This document shows positions 1-13,915 of a DNA stretch of 64,000 nucleotides, one piece after another; position 1 is the stretch's first letter, and every line of letters starts with the position of its first letter. The notes beneath the pieces are model-generated. The model saw nothing but the letters and a program-made list of their open reading frames with translations. It did no database searches and was not told where the DNA came from. A program made the position numbers and the translations under genes. The stretch comes from Chrysomallon squamiferum. Taxonomy: Eukaryota; Animalia; Mollusca. The stretch spans positions 7,626,001-7,690,000 of the forward strand of contig CM022678.1 of NCBI GenBank assembly GCA_012295275.1, written 5' to 3'.

Positions 1-252
1 TTGATGTACACTTTATTATTAGAAAACACTTTGGTGAACAGAAAAAATTAAAACAGTAAACATGAACAAAATACATTTAGGCCATTTGGACCATCAGATA
101 TATTCAGCTTTTATGTTAAAAATTAACAAAAATTATCATCATCCATCAGTTTAAAACATAATAATTATCATTCAGTCATCCATATGTTTTCATCAGCCCA
201 TCATTTAAAATTTTAACCAAATCTTTGCCTTACAGATATTTCTTTCCATTTT

Positions 253-299
<47 letters not shown>

Positions 300-367
300 G
301 TCAAAAGTCTTTCTGCTCTTAGTTTAATTCTGTTTGCATATTTACAAAACTTTCATTCGCTTATCCA

Positions 368-422
<55 letters not shown>

Positions 423-1523
423 AGACACATAAACTTGATAAAGCTTTTTAAAAGCTTTTAGCACCATGCTACTGCATGAAACACCCAGGTTATACATTTT
501 TGTATATATATCAGATTATTAATTGTTTTAAATATACCATTAGTAAAAAATTTCACTTTTTAACACATACTAAAAACATTTTTAATTGAAGGGACACTAT
601 TTAATATTTGCCAATGTGCACACATAAAAGTAAGCAGAAGTTGCAGACTTTATACCGTGTAGATTTAGAAAGATGCATCAAAATAATGTAGTTAGAAATC
701 ACCATTTTATTATTATTTGTTTATTTATTTATTTTATTTTTATTGTTATTGTTATTTTGTTGTTGTTATTGTTATTATTTATTTCTATTTTTGAATAATA
801 TCATTTATTTAGAGATTAATTGATTTATCATCTACAACATCTTCATGTATTGTCATGTAAACGTCTCCATTTTAATCCTCTTCATTATCATCATTGTCAG
901 TCTAGGTTTGTAATATTAGTTTTTATTACAGGGCTGTTATATTGTAAATTATCTTTTCTGTGAAATTTTATTTTAAAACTTTATTTGCAGGTTATGTTTT
1001 GGTTAATTTAGCTTGCTCACTTGTTTATTAATTTTCTTATTTTTAAAGACCTGCTAATTATTATTGTCAGATCTAAATTAAACCATTGCTAAATTTATGT
1101 GTTTAAGATTTATTGATATATGTTATTACATACATGTACAGTCAAAACATTTATTATTATTATTTGATGTTTAATATTATTATTATTATTTGTAATTAAA
1201 CTTGAAAAGTATCAGTTTTCATCTTCAAGTTTTATATAATCTCATTTTGCAACTATATTTTAATTATTTTTTTAACGTTTATTATTATTTTTGATTCTTC
1301 TGTTCTGTTCTTTTTGTATTTTTCAGTTTTCATTATGTTTTTAATTGTTATAAATTATTTATTTTTTGATTTATTTATTTATTTATCCATCATTGTAAAA
1401 TTTTTATTGATTTGTTTTTGAGATTTCATCCATCATTATGTCATTAATATTTTTGAGATTTCTTTTAAATTGTTTTGTTTTAGTTTTTCTGTTAGTTTCC
1501 TGCAATGTACTTACACAAAACAG

Positions 1524-4103
1524 GCAGACAGGGGGAGCCACATACAGAAGACCTCCATTTCCAGGTACATTAATCATAAACAATATAAATTTGTGTCATG
1601 TGACAGCATCTCCAGGTACATTAATCATAAACAATATAAATTATACAATTTGTGGTGACAACAGGATTCTGTAGTCTAACTCCATTACATCATAAACCTC
1701 TCCTACAACCATGTACTTGATGCTTACTTTTTATTTTACAAAGTTCATAATTATTTATGGATTTGTAGCTAATACTAATTTGTTTTAATTTATTTTTATT
1801 TTAATTTTATTTTTTTTTATTTTTTTTTTCAGACTTGTACCGGTTGGGAAGAAGAACTCCGAGAAAGGATGGAAGTGAAGCTGGTGAATATTCAGGTTAG
1901 ATAACTCTATTATTAAAAGCAAATTTATTACTACATCATCATTATTAATACTTTTATTATTGCTGTTTTTGTTATTCTCAGTATGAGTAGCTGTGAATAT
2001 CATAGCTAGCTAATAATAAAATATAATATTAGATGCACACATATTTTTTACTTTTTTTTTATCCATTTTAACCATTAGGAATTGCTTCACAGTATTGTGA
2101 AACTGAATATTTTAATTTTTAAAATTGAACACATTCTTATCCTTTCACATTAAAAAGATTGTAAAATATATTTAAATTTCTTTCAGTCAGGATAGGACAG
2201 TAACATTTCTAAACCTAAAAAACCCACTTTATTCATGTTTTAAATCCTAAATTAATCACAATGGTTAGTTTGTCAGTGGTTGTTGTGTTTCTTTGTTTGA
2301 ACAGGACCAAAGCTGTACATGAAGCCAAGTTCTAAATCTAATCGTCACATCATCCTCAACACCATCAGCCACTGCTGCCTCGCAGGCATCATCAACACAG
2401 ACTGAAAAACAAAGTTTTAGAGGTGACACTTAACACATCATTATTCAACACAGACTGAAAAACAAAGTTATAGAGGTGACACTTAATACATATTTCTATC
2501 TCATACACTTCATTTAATTTTCTTGTAGAATTATTCTTTCATTGCATTTGATTGTCTTTAAGAAAACAAACAATAATAAGAAACAGACAGATTTTATAAG
2601 TGAATTAATTCTTTTTTCTGATTTATCCTACTCTTGTTAATGTACAGTATTTTACTGTTGTTTGTTATTATTGTGTGTTTTTGTTTTGTTCCAGTGACAA
2701 CATACATTTCTAAGTCTGATCACCGTGCTGAGGTATTTTCACTGACAGATCATTGTTATTAATTGTTGCAGAATTATAGAAATACCTCAGAGTGGAATAA
2801 ATCTACAGGATAGGTGTGAGTGTCTATAATTTTATCAGTAATGACTTTAATTTTATACCATTTGTTATTATTGCAAAGCAAAATCAGCTTTAGCTGCTTT
2901 TGAATCCTTGTTGTAAATACCAAATATGTATTTTTATTTTTTATTTATTTTTTTTATTTTTTTTGTTTATCAGTATATTTATTTATTTTTTTTGTTTATC
3001 AGTATATTTATTTATATTTTTTTTTATCAGTTTATTTATTCATTTATTTGTTTGTTTTGTTTGTTTGTTTGTTTGTTTGTTTGTCTGTTTGTTTATCTAG
3101 GAACTGGCTAAGTCTGATGCTAAACACTTTGTAATGCTGTTCCAAGATGGAGGATGTCAGTACAGGGCTCTATATTCTTTCACACCCGAAACAGACGAAG
3201 TTACCAAAATTTGTGGTGTGGGACCTAAAGAAATTACCAATAAAATGATTCATAGGTTTTATAAGTTAGTATATATATTTAATATTTTATACCTGTCATA
3301 GTAGGTATTGCTACATAAATAAATAGTTTTATAAGTAAGCACATATTTAATATATTTTTATGTCTAACATCATGTACATTGCTATATAAATAAGAAGTTT
3401 TTATAAGAAACTTTATTTTTTAATTATTTTAATTCTGTCTTCATCTTTATAAATTTGTACATTTTTCAACATGCAGCTCATTAATATAATCTAAAATATA
3501 TGTGTTTGCAAATAATGTATTTACTAATTAGTTTTGTTATTATTATTATTTTTTTTTTTTAAATATAAACTAAAAATAATTAGATGAACTTTTATACTGA
3601 ACAAATGAAATTTAAATTTTTGTGTTTGTTAATAAAAAAAAAATTATAGAGCCTATAACAAGAACTTAATCAGTGGTGTGATTAGATAGTGATATATTAT
3701 TTCTTATTAATAAAAACCAAATACTTCATTTAGTTTCAAGTTCTTTTCTCATTTTTTATTTTTTATTTTATTATTATTTTTTTATATATATATAATTTAT
3801 TAAATATGTCACAGAAATGACTGCTTAAGATTAAAATATTTCAGTGAATGTAAATGTAATTTTAAGAATGCTTTCTGATTAGGAATGAGTCAATACTAAT
3901 GAATTATTGTTTTACTTATTAATTATCATGTAATAAATTAATTAATATTATTTTGTTTTTCTCACAGATATAATTCTGGGGCTAAAAGTTTCACTGAAGT
4001 GACATCAACCAAACATTTATCTGTGTCCATTGATGCTGTTGTTATTCATAATTCTCTCTGGAAGACTGGGAAACCACCAGCAATGTCAAAGAAAGTGTAT
4101 TAG
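1524..4103 (+). pseudogene. CAMSAP: CAMSAP/Patronin 3' exons encoding the CKK domain; 1-nt frameshift in the 2305-2422 exon
   Basis: AG/GT-bounded exons 1524-1564, 1833-1895, 2305-2422, 3101-3264 and 3968-4103 splice to ...GEYSGPKLYMKPSSKSNRHIILNTISHCCLAGIINTD(fs)KNKVLE/ELAKSDAKHFVMLFQDGGCQYRALYSFTPETDEVTKICGVGPKEITNKMIHRFYK/YNSGAKSFTEVTSTKHLSVSIDAVVIHNSLWKTGKPPAMSKKVY*, the CKK domain signature. The sequence gac-tga at ~2400 lacks one base. Confidence 0.88.
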
Positions 4104-4541
4104 GAAGACATAGATCTCACAGCACACATCACCTTCATCCTGACATCATCAGCAGCTGCAGCAGCAGTTGGCTCTTTACATTGTTGTCATGGTTACATTC
4201 GAAATATAACCCCTAATTTAGACAACATTGATCCACTTTTTGTTTTTATACTTTTAAATATTGCTAACATTTTCTCATTTTTAGTAAATTGTAACTGAAT
4301 ATTTAATCTCAATGTTATGAGATATCTTTTCCATGTTCCTAATGTACTTCATGTGAAGTAAATGTGACCTGTTTCTGTAAAAGGTACACAAAGTTGCTAA
4401 ATCATTGTCATATTTTTATAAAGTCTTTCCAGCTTTACAGATCATTTTTATACCATCTTAATACTTGTAGTAAATTAAACAAAAGTTTTTCAGAAAATGA
4501 TTTCCTTTTTTGATTAAACCAGTAACATTTTCTGCTGTTGC

Positions 4542-4607
<66 letters not shown>

Positions 4608-4898
4608 GTTAACAACATTGAAATTGACATAAGCAAAGATCATTAAATTATTAAAACTTGCTACAGTAAAAAAGGATCTACATTAATTAAAAACAAATAT
4701 ATTATTATTATTATTATTATTAAAAAGATTATATATAAAACAAATACATTTTTAAAAGTGTATTTCAGTTATCAACTTAGAAACTAAACCATATAGAAAT
4801 CTGTAAAACATATCATTTCGAATAATTTTAGATTGATGATAATATTAAGTATATTAATCCAGAAAACAGTGTTATATAGGTAGAGAAATATTAGATTA

Positions 4899-5098
4899 NN
4901 NNNNNNNNNNNNNNNNNNNNNNNNNNNNNNNNNNNNNNNNNNNNNNNNNNNNNNNNNNNNNNNNNNNNNNNNNNNNNNNNNNNNNNNNNNNNNNNNNNNN
5001 NNNNNNNNNNNNNNNNNNNNNNNNNNNNNNNNNNNNNNNNNNNNNNNNNNNNNNNNNNNNNNNNNNNNNNNNNNNNNNNNNNNNNNNNNNNNNNNNNN
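4899..5098. other. Assembly gap (200 N)
   Basis: Run of n characters. Confidence 1.
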
Positions 5099-5934
5099 AC
5101 AGCAGAGTAATTATATCTTTATTTACTTAGTTATTGGTTATATATGTCTTTATTTATTTATTTGTTTGTCTGTCTGTTTATGTATTTATTTATTATTTAT
5201 TTATTTCTAATATTTAGATGTTCATCATTTATTTATTTATTTATTTACTTATTTGTTTATTTGGTTTTTCTTTTTTCTTTCTCTTTTATTGTTACATTAT
5301 TAATTTATTTAATTGTTTGTTTGTTTATTAAATGATAACTTTATGCTAGTTCTTTTCATAACTATTTGGAAACAAAGTTTTTGCACTTAATTTTAATCAA
5401 ATTTTTCTTGAAAGTCATATAACTAACTTTTATAATTTTCCACTTTTTTATTTATTAACAATACAGCAGTTCACAAGTTTTAGAGACAGGAGCTAACTAA
5501 TTAACTTTAATACTGACATCGTCCATGAAATACTATAAGTAACCCAGTGTAGCTCTGTACAGACCAGTCATGAGTTCAAAGAGTAACAAATTAGAATACT
5601 GCATGCGTAGTACATGCTCTCACACACACACACACACAAACACACACACAAGCCACACACACACACACACACACTGAAGCTGTTCCCATAAAAACTAAAA
5701 AGTAGTCACATTTAATTGACAGTTTGATTAGAAATATTAAACTGTTCTCTGGTTAGACACTTAGCAACTGAACAGCAGAATTAAATCAGTTTTGTCATTT
5801 CATAATACCAACTCTTTACTGATTGCAAAAATAGCATAATAATAATCATTTTTATTTCCTATTGTTTTGTTAATTATTTAAATTATTACCATTTTTAATC
5901 ATTATCATTATAATGAATATACATAGTATATCAA

Positions 5935-6357
5935 AAATATCCCACACCCCCTTTGTGTCTGAATAATCCAGTAACTGGTACCAGTACACTTTAAGTTTTA
6001 ATAATAACAGAAACATTAGTTATTTATTTATAACAGTTTATTATTTTTTTATTATTTTATTTTAATTTTTATTCAGAATGTATATAATTGATGTGCTGAT
6101 GTTGGCTAGTGAAGTTGTTTCAGTAGAAGGTGCTGTCCAGCACTGAGGATAAAGTTCATACCCACTTGAAAAGAGGAAAATAAACCTGAACAGGTGAATT
6201 TGAGTTTGTTTTCTCATTATTCAAAACCTAATGAAGTTTAATTTGGATTTAATGTAGGAAGTTGCATTTTGTGACATATATAAGTAAGTACACATGCACA
6301 TACATTAGAACCTTGTATCACTACATTTTATTTCATGTTTCTCTCTCTTCTCTTTCT

Positions 6358-6394
<37 letters not shown>

Positions 6395-6795
6395 ACACAA
6401 CACTTCCATTCAAATAAACCTGATTATTTTGTTGTAAATTCCTATATTTTAAAAAGAAAAGAAGAAGCATAATATTTTATGAGTATTTTAAAAATATTTA
6501 AACAGATAGAACTGTCAGCCTTCACACAGTGTCATTGTTCCCAGGATGACAGAGCTACTAAAAATACATTGGAAATGGATGTTTTTCTATATTTATGTTG
6601 TCTGCAGTCTCTCAATTTTCATGGTTTGTTTAATTTTTGTAAATAAAATAATGAATCAGGTGGTAATTTTTAAAATATATGAATCTTAATAACTAGTTAA
6701 TCAACAACATTAATATTAAAATATTAGGTCTGGGTTTCTTTTGGTTTTGAATATGACATGTATGTAAATCTTTGCTCTCTCTCTCTCTCTGACAG
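5935..6795 (+). pseudogene. CAMSAP: Degenerate direct copy of the CAMSAP CH-region exons and introns at 61550-62980, with an internal deletion
   Basis: 6077-6193 (aattgatgtgctgatgttggctagtgaagttgtttcagtagaaggtgctgtcc-agcactgagga...ctgaacag|gtgaatt) matches 61687-61772 fused to 62229-62304; flanking intron sequence also matches. Confidence 0.8.
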
Positions 6796-6840
6796 ATGCA
6801 TATATAACTACAAAGGTAAATAAATAAACTTGTTTTTCAG

Positions 6841-7910
6841 AAACTGCTCTGTACACATGAAGAGCTAATTCTGTGAGCTCACCACAGGAGAGAAAACATC
6901 AAAGAATATGGCAGAACAGGAGCATCTACAGAGGTTGTTGTTATAGTAGTAAAATTAGTCATTGCTATTGTTAATGTAGTTGTTTACATCATTAGTACTT
7001 GAAGCATTATTAATAATACTGCTTGTTATAGTAATAGTATTAGTACATTGCCATTGTGGTAGTAATGTAGTTGTTACAGCATTAGTAATTTCAAGCATTA
7101 TTAATAATACTGCTTGTTATAGTAATGTTGTTGAATTGATCTTGGTGATGTTTTAGCTGATGATGCTATCTCCATAGCTTTGTGATAGTAATGTATCTTG
7201 TGAGGCTCATGGTGTTTGTAGTCAGATTACTGGTTGTAGTAGCAGTAATAGTAGAAGTAGCAGTACTAATAGTAGTTGTTTTTAGAGAAATTGTTATGAT
7301 AAAATGTAACAAGAAGAGTAATGTTACAGCAGAGATAGTAGTAGTAACAGTAGTCATAGTTGTTGATGTTGTAGTAATTATATTAGTATAAAGAAATACT
7401 GACATAGGACTAATTGTGAAGAGTGCAAAAATATCACTTTTATTATTAATGGATAGTAATTTTAGTAATAGGAGTATTATTTCAATAACAGTAGCCCTAG
7501 TTGAATAAGAAATAATAGTAAATATTTGTTATAGTAATGTTGGTAATAAAAGTAGCATGAAGTTTGCAGTAAATGTAGTAGTAGCAGTAGCAGTATTTTA
7601 TTTATTTTATATTTTTTACTGTATTTTATTTATTTATTTATTTACTCAAACTAGGCAGTGCACCCACCAATGTGACTGACTCAGACCTGGACACTGAAGC
7701 CGACCACGTCAGACTACAACAAATCTTAAATTGGAGAGTCTTACACCAGGTCACCAATCTCAACAGTAAAATGTCAGAGAGAAAAACTTGAAAAACTTGA
7801 ACATGCTAAAACCAGGCAACGCAAAACATCAAAATGAAACCACTTGGCAGACAACTGTGATGGCTGTATGTGACAGTGGCAAAGACAAAAGCCTGGAAGT
7901 TGAGCAGCAG
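6841..7910 (+). pseudogene. Two exon-like segments of an unidentified gene (6841-6933, 7655-7910)
   Basis: GC-richer blocks with pyrimidine-AG and GT boundaries; 7655+ reads SAPTNVTDSDLDTEADHVRLQQILNWRV... with disruptions. Family not recognised. Confidence 0.35.
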
Positions 7911-8022
7911 GTGACTTAGTATACTTCCATTGGCACTGTTTTATTTCTTTTTAGTTTTTATTTGTACTAGGAGTAATCAAAACAGTTTCATTTTTAACTC
8001 ACAAAAAAAAACCAAAAAAAAA

Positions 8023-9911
8023 ACCAAGAAGTACATGACTTAAGGAATGAAGTTGAGGTATTTGTGAAATCAGTTCATAAAGGAAAACAGATCTATGTTA
8101 ATTTTGTTGAAGGTGTTTCTGAATGAAAAATTCTTCTTTAGCTTTAATTCATCTTTATTTTAGATTTTTTTTTTATCTTTCTAGCTTTAAATTATCTTTC
8201 AGTAAATAATTTGAACTTATAACTGCATTATTAAATCTCATTAGATTACAAAACAAAAGATTTTAAACAAGGTTATATTTCAATTTTTAGTTTACTATAA
8301 TTATATTGATTCATGCTGACTCAATTTATTGAGCCGTTTTACAACAAGGAAATACCAGTATTTACTCAATAATCTTTCTATTAGGTTTTACTGAATGATC
8401 TTTCTACTGGGTATCACATATATTTATAGGAATTGAAGAAACCAGTATTCTAATGTGTGGATTTTAACTGTATATTTTCAGAAGGTAAATCAGCTTGTTA
8501 AGGATAAAAATATTCAAGAAATTGTTGGTAAAATACAGAGTCAAACTGACATTTTGGAACAAAGAGCAGCTTGCATCTCCAGTAGAGTTGAAGTATTTGG
8601 TGCTGTTCAGCAGGTATTTAAATACATTAGTCTTTGTAAACCTTTCCATTTTATTTCATTTTTTTAAATATTTCCTCAGTCTTTCACAAAATTCTATGCA
8701 AAATATTTTCTCTTATACTGAATTAAGCATCATACATGAAAATATAATGTATTTGTGTTTTTGTAAACTGATGCACTGAAAATTAATAGTGTAGAATCAG
8801 TGTAAACCTTGTAATAATTTGCATGCCAGCCTAATAGAGTAGTGAACAGAACATTTGTATAAATTTGTAATTTTCTGTTATAAATATCTCACTCTAAACT
8901 GAAATACAAACATTTATTACTTCATTTGGTAGCGCTAAAGATATTTACAGTATTTTGAAATTTAGTATAACGGATGGAATTTTGGTGGATTTGAAAGGTT
9001 GCATAAATTGGCTTGAAACATTTATCTTCTTTTCTTATTTTATCACATGCATGTATAATGTTGTCTTTGTTTTAAATACATTTGAAAATATACCTTAATG
9101 ATCATTATTGTAACTATTACCTGAATGCATAGGATAATTGTGGTTTATTTATAAGACAAAATGTATTTCATTAATGGCAAAAATTAAATTACATTAAAAT
9201 GGCAGGAAAGAATATTACAATTAAATGTTTTAATTAATCAAATAATTTGTTATTAATGATGTAACTATAACGATTAATTAAAGATTCTCAGAATAAACTC
9301 AAATGTATTTTCATCATGTTAGTATATTAGTATTTCAAGTAGAATCTGTATTAGAAAACCATTTTCTTACTGTCTATTGTAATACTATACAGGTTTAAAA
9401 TGTTTGTTTATTTAATATTCCTGGCAGTCATCTTAAACTGGACTAAGCATAGTGTCAATATCAAATTTTACTAAGTTACATAATTATTCAAATATATTAA
9501 AACATATTTTTCATAAGCTCTTTTGCTGATGTATTGGTGTTTTAATCCTTTTGTATCAAAGATAAAAATAATATTAAACTGATTGAAATTAAGAATTTAA
9601 ATATATTTAATCAATTATTTTTATTATTAATATTGTATGGGAAAAATAAAACTCTTGTTGCTAAGACAGTGAAATGCAGTTAGAGCTGACAACAAAAATT
9701 CCACTTGCACTTTATTTCATGTTTAGTTTATTAATGAATATTATATTTTGTTGTAGGATCCTAGACAACAGAATCAAGCTGCCTCAGCCAGCACTTCAGT
9801 TGAAAATGCTGTAAAACACATTTTCAGAAAAGATTAACTAGAGCACCAGAATGCTATTACATCACAGTCTTCCCTGTCCAGAGAAAGCACAACACTTTCA
9901 AGAGAAAATCT
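8023..9911 (+). pseudogene. IRAG/LRMP (MRVI1-domain) gene fragment
   Basis: Truncated exon end at ~8023-8057 (QEVHDLRNEVE|gt). Exon 8482-8613 KVNQLVKDKNIQEIVGKIQSQTDILEQRAACISSRVEVFGAVQQ resembles the LRMP/IRAG coiled coil (..AARVASRAEMLGAINQ). Exon 9757-9911 has an in-frame stop and its assignment is tentative. Confidence 0.75.
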
Positions 9912-10167
9912 GTAAGATGATAAAATCAATCTAATTTGAATTTTGAAACCTCAGTGATCTCCAAAAGACTGCATTGTCAATATTATCAGAACATCCAGTG
10001 TACACATTGTACTTCATAGCAGCTTGCACTGTTTTTATCATTGATGTGTATGCATGGTTATTCTAACTTTTTTCGCTGAAAGAGGAATAGAGATTCATCA
10101 CTGCTATGGAATGCCATTTTTCTAAATAACCTAAAATGAATGTGCATAGAGGTGTTAAAATTTTGTA

Positions 10168-10675
10168 TTATTTAAATCAAGGAAAATGAAGGGTTTGCTG
10201 GGATAATAAATGTAAATATATTTAAAATTATGTAATTAGGTTAATTAGAATCCTTTATTTAAAAAAAATTTAAATATTAAAAAGAAACAAAAAAATATTT
10301 ATTTTATCATTTTTTGTAATATTATTTAAATTGGGGGAAAATTCAAGGGTTTAATATATTTAGAATTATGTAATTAGGGGTAATTATTAAAAAAAAACAA
10401 AAAAAACAACAAGAAGAACTTTTTTTAATTATTATTATTATTATTTAAATCAGGGGAAAATCAAGGGTTTGCTGGGTGTAATCAATGTAAATATAATTGA
10501 AGATTATGTAATTAGGGGTAATTAGAATGTTTTATAAAAAATAAAAAAACAAAACAACTTTTTTTAATTTATTATTTATTTATTTAAATCAGGGGAAACT
10601 CAATGGTTTGCTTTTAAAAATGTATAAATATATTTAAAAAAAAAAGGGATAATTTAATTAGGGGTAATTTTATTT
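10168..10675. repeat. Degenerate tandem repeat, ~120-155 bp x4
   Basis: ttatttaaat..gggaaaatcaagggttt...taattaggggtaatt recurs at ~10168, 10322, 10441 and 10580. Confidence 0.75.
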
Positions 10676-11176
10676 AATTTAAAAAAATAACATTGTAAAT
10701 AAATTTCTCATTTTATCATCCAACATGAAAAATTATTCTGCTTGTATTTTATTTTTAGATTAAATTATTTCAGTGTTTTGTTCTTTCTTTTTTTTTTTTT
10801 TTCTTTTGGGAAACTTAATGATACATTTTTTTTATATTTTTTATTCCAATAAAAATGAGAATTTTTAAAATTTTTAAAAATAATAACAATTATATAAAAA
10901 TGTTTTTACTATGTAACTATTTGTTAAATTTCAGTCACATTTTAATTCCTTATTGTTCAAAAATCACAAAAGAAACATAACAATTATTCTTTTTTTCTTT
11001 CTATTTTATGATTTAATATATTTTTTTTAAATTTCAAAGTTAATATATATATTTTTTTTTTTCCATTGGAAATCTGTTTCAATTTTCTGGTTTGTTAATC
11101 TGTTGGAATTCTAAGTTATAGTAATTCATAAAAATAGTTGCAGGTCAGGGGAATTTCCTGTATATCAAAAAAACTG

Positions 11177-11219
<43 letters not shown>

Positions 11220-11258
11220 CATCAATGCCATACTATTTCTCTGCTAAGACTTGAAAGG

Positions 11259-11470
11259 CCCTTAACTGTAGCATTTGTAATAAAAAATATTCCAATTTTA
11301 TGTTATTTTAATCTTTATAAATTTGCAATATGTCTAAAACCTTAACATTTGTAATTAAAAAAATATTCCAATTTTATATTATTTTAATCTTTATAGCTCT
11401 GCAATAAGTCTAAAACCTTGACAGTGACATTTGTAATAAGAAAATTCCATTTGTTTCAATCTTTATAAGT
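11259..11470. repeat. Degenerate tandem repeat, ~70-80 bp x3
   Basis: catttgtaat..aaaatattccaattttat.ttattttaatctttata..tgcaata.gtctaaaa repeated. Confidence 0.7.
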
Positions 11471-12140
11471 GTGCAGTCTAAAATGGCATTACCCTACAGT
11501 GTCCTGTTTTTATAGAATCCACTGTAAATATTTTGTTTATATTTTAATTATTTATCACATATTAACAGATGCAAGTTGAAATATAGTGTTCTTGGAACAT
11601 ACCTACATGTTTATATTGATTTCTCTTTACACAACTTTATATGTATATTACAAGATATATTATTATTCAATATTTGTCTTTTGTTGTATTAAAAGTGAGA
11701 AACAAATAATAATTCTTGTTCATTCTAAAATGTAATACAAATTCTTTGATACATTATGGATTAAAGTTCCATAGAGGCCCTTCCTGGAATGATAGCAAAT
11801 ATATTGTATCTCTCCTGTAACCAGAACTTTATTTTTTCTTTTATTTTCTTTTCTTTTTTTTTTTTTTGTGTGGGGGCTCTTACAAATTTCTGTGTAATGT
11901 ATTTATAATAAAAAAAAAAAAAAAAATTTTTTTGTTATATTTACATATTAAAGAAGAACAAAATTCACAATTTCAGAATGTTTTATTCCTTATACTAGCA
12001 AATGTTAATTAATTTTGTTGTTAAATAACAAAGTCATGAATTAAAAGTAAGTGTTTGTGGTCATGTGTGTGTATATGCATGTGTATGTGCACCTCTTTAC
12101 TTGGTAGTTTGAAACTCATTTTAATGAATAGAAAAAGACA

Positions 12141-12202
<62 letters not shown>

Positions 12203-12231
12203 TATTATTATTACTATTACTATTATTATTA

Positions 12232-12279
<48 letters not shown>

Positions 12280-12345
12280 TTATTTATTATTATTATTATT
12301 ATTATTGTTATTATTACTATTATTTTACTATTATTATTTTTATTA
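12141..12345. repeat. (ATT)n microsatellite
   Basis: Seen directly. Confidence 0.95.
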
Positions 12346-12676
12346 TGTAATGACAGTCTTTGACTAGGAGTAGTGAGTATAAATAAAAAAATACAGAAAG
12401 GGTTTCCAGATTAAAAGCCTTTTATTTATTAAGATTATTAAAGGCTTGAGGTAATGTTATATTGATAACTAGAAGTAGAATGGTAAACTTTGACTTAGTA
12501 GTTTAAGTTGGTGTATAGAGAGACATGCAGTGTTAGTTTACACTGAAACACTGATTAGTTTGTAGTCTGTAGAGATCATCTGAGAATAAAAGTCATTAAT
12601 GTAATATTTTATTATGTGTCTCTATTCATTTATCCTTTCATTTATCTATCTTTTTACACATCATTGTCTTTGTGAG

Positions 12677-12731
<55 letters not shown>

Positions 12732-12942
12732 ATATTTATATAAAAGGGTATAATAACTGGTTTCAGACTTAAGATAACAAAGTTACATTGTGGCTGTAAA
12801 GCAGTAGTATGCAAGTAATACAAAAATTGACTGTAAAAGACAGGAATTTAAAGAGACATGGAAAGAGATGGTATGTTAATCAGAAAGAACAGATACATAG
12901 AGTGTCTGTGATACTCTCAGTGTGAATGATATATGTCAACTA

Positions 12943-12979
<37 letters not shown>

Positions 12980-13263
12980 GCTGTGTTTGCATATTATATG
13001 TATATACAAGTTACAGTTGGTGAGTATATGTGTGTCTATATGAATATGTGACTAGATTAAAACATGACTGTTTATGTGTGTTTGTATATTTGCATATGAG
13101 CACACGTATGTGGATGTATATTACAGTAATAGTAAATATGTGATTATTTGTGTACTTTGTGTCTATATGTATGAGAGTGGGGTATATGTTGTATACATGT
13201 TTGTTCAAGTGCATTTGTACATGTATTTATGTGAGACTGTTTATGTCTGTAGCCAATTATATA

Positions 13264-13266
<3 letters not shown>

Positions 13267-13302
<36 letters not shown>

Positions 13303-13338
13303 ATATGTTGTGTGTGTATATGTGTATATATATATTTG

Positions 13339-13431
<93 letters not shown>

Positions 13432-13706
13432 GTGTGTATGTATGTGTATGTGTGTGTGTGTGTAATGTGTGTATGTATGTGTGTGTATGTGTGTGTATGT
13501 GTGTGTGTGTGTGTGTGTGTATGTGTGTGTGTGTGTATGTGTGTATGTGTGTGTGTGTATGTGTGTATGTATGTGTGTATGAAACACTGGGTGGAGTTGT
13601 TGATTATCAACCTGCTAAACACTTGTTTATTAAACACTCTTTGTGTTCAGCTCAAATATCCTGTTTCCAAGCTAAACGAACCAACTCCTGGCCTGTCCAT
13701 ATCATT

Positions 13707-13737
<31 letters not shown>

Positions 13738-13915
13738 TTTTTTTTTATTTATTTATTTATTTGTTTTTATTTATTTATTTATACATTTATTTATTTATTA
13801 TTCATTTTATTTATTTTTTTATTTATTTTTTTTTTTTTATTTATTTATTTGCTTTTATTTCTTTTATTTATTTATTTATTTATTTTTTTATTATTATATT
13901 TTTTATATATATATA
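13267..13915. repeat. Compound (TG/TA)n and (TTTA)n microsatellite
   Basis: Seen directly; explains the 350-aa and 297-aa spurious ORFs. Confidence 0.95.

Noticed and set aside
7800-7910. Faint SCHIP1-like TRQ.K.Q.E...EVE.Q pattern
   Set aside because: Spacing differs and a frameshift is needed; not supportable without a search.
11148-11158. GGGGAATTTCC NF-kB-like site
   Set aside because: Single motif with no promoter or gene start nearby.
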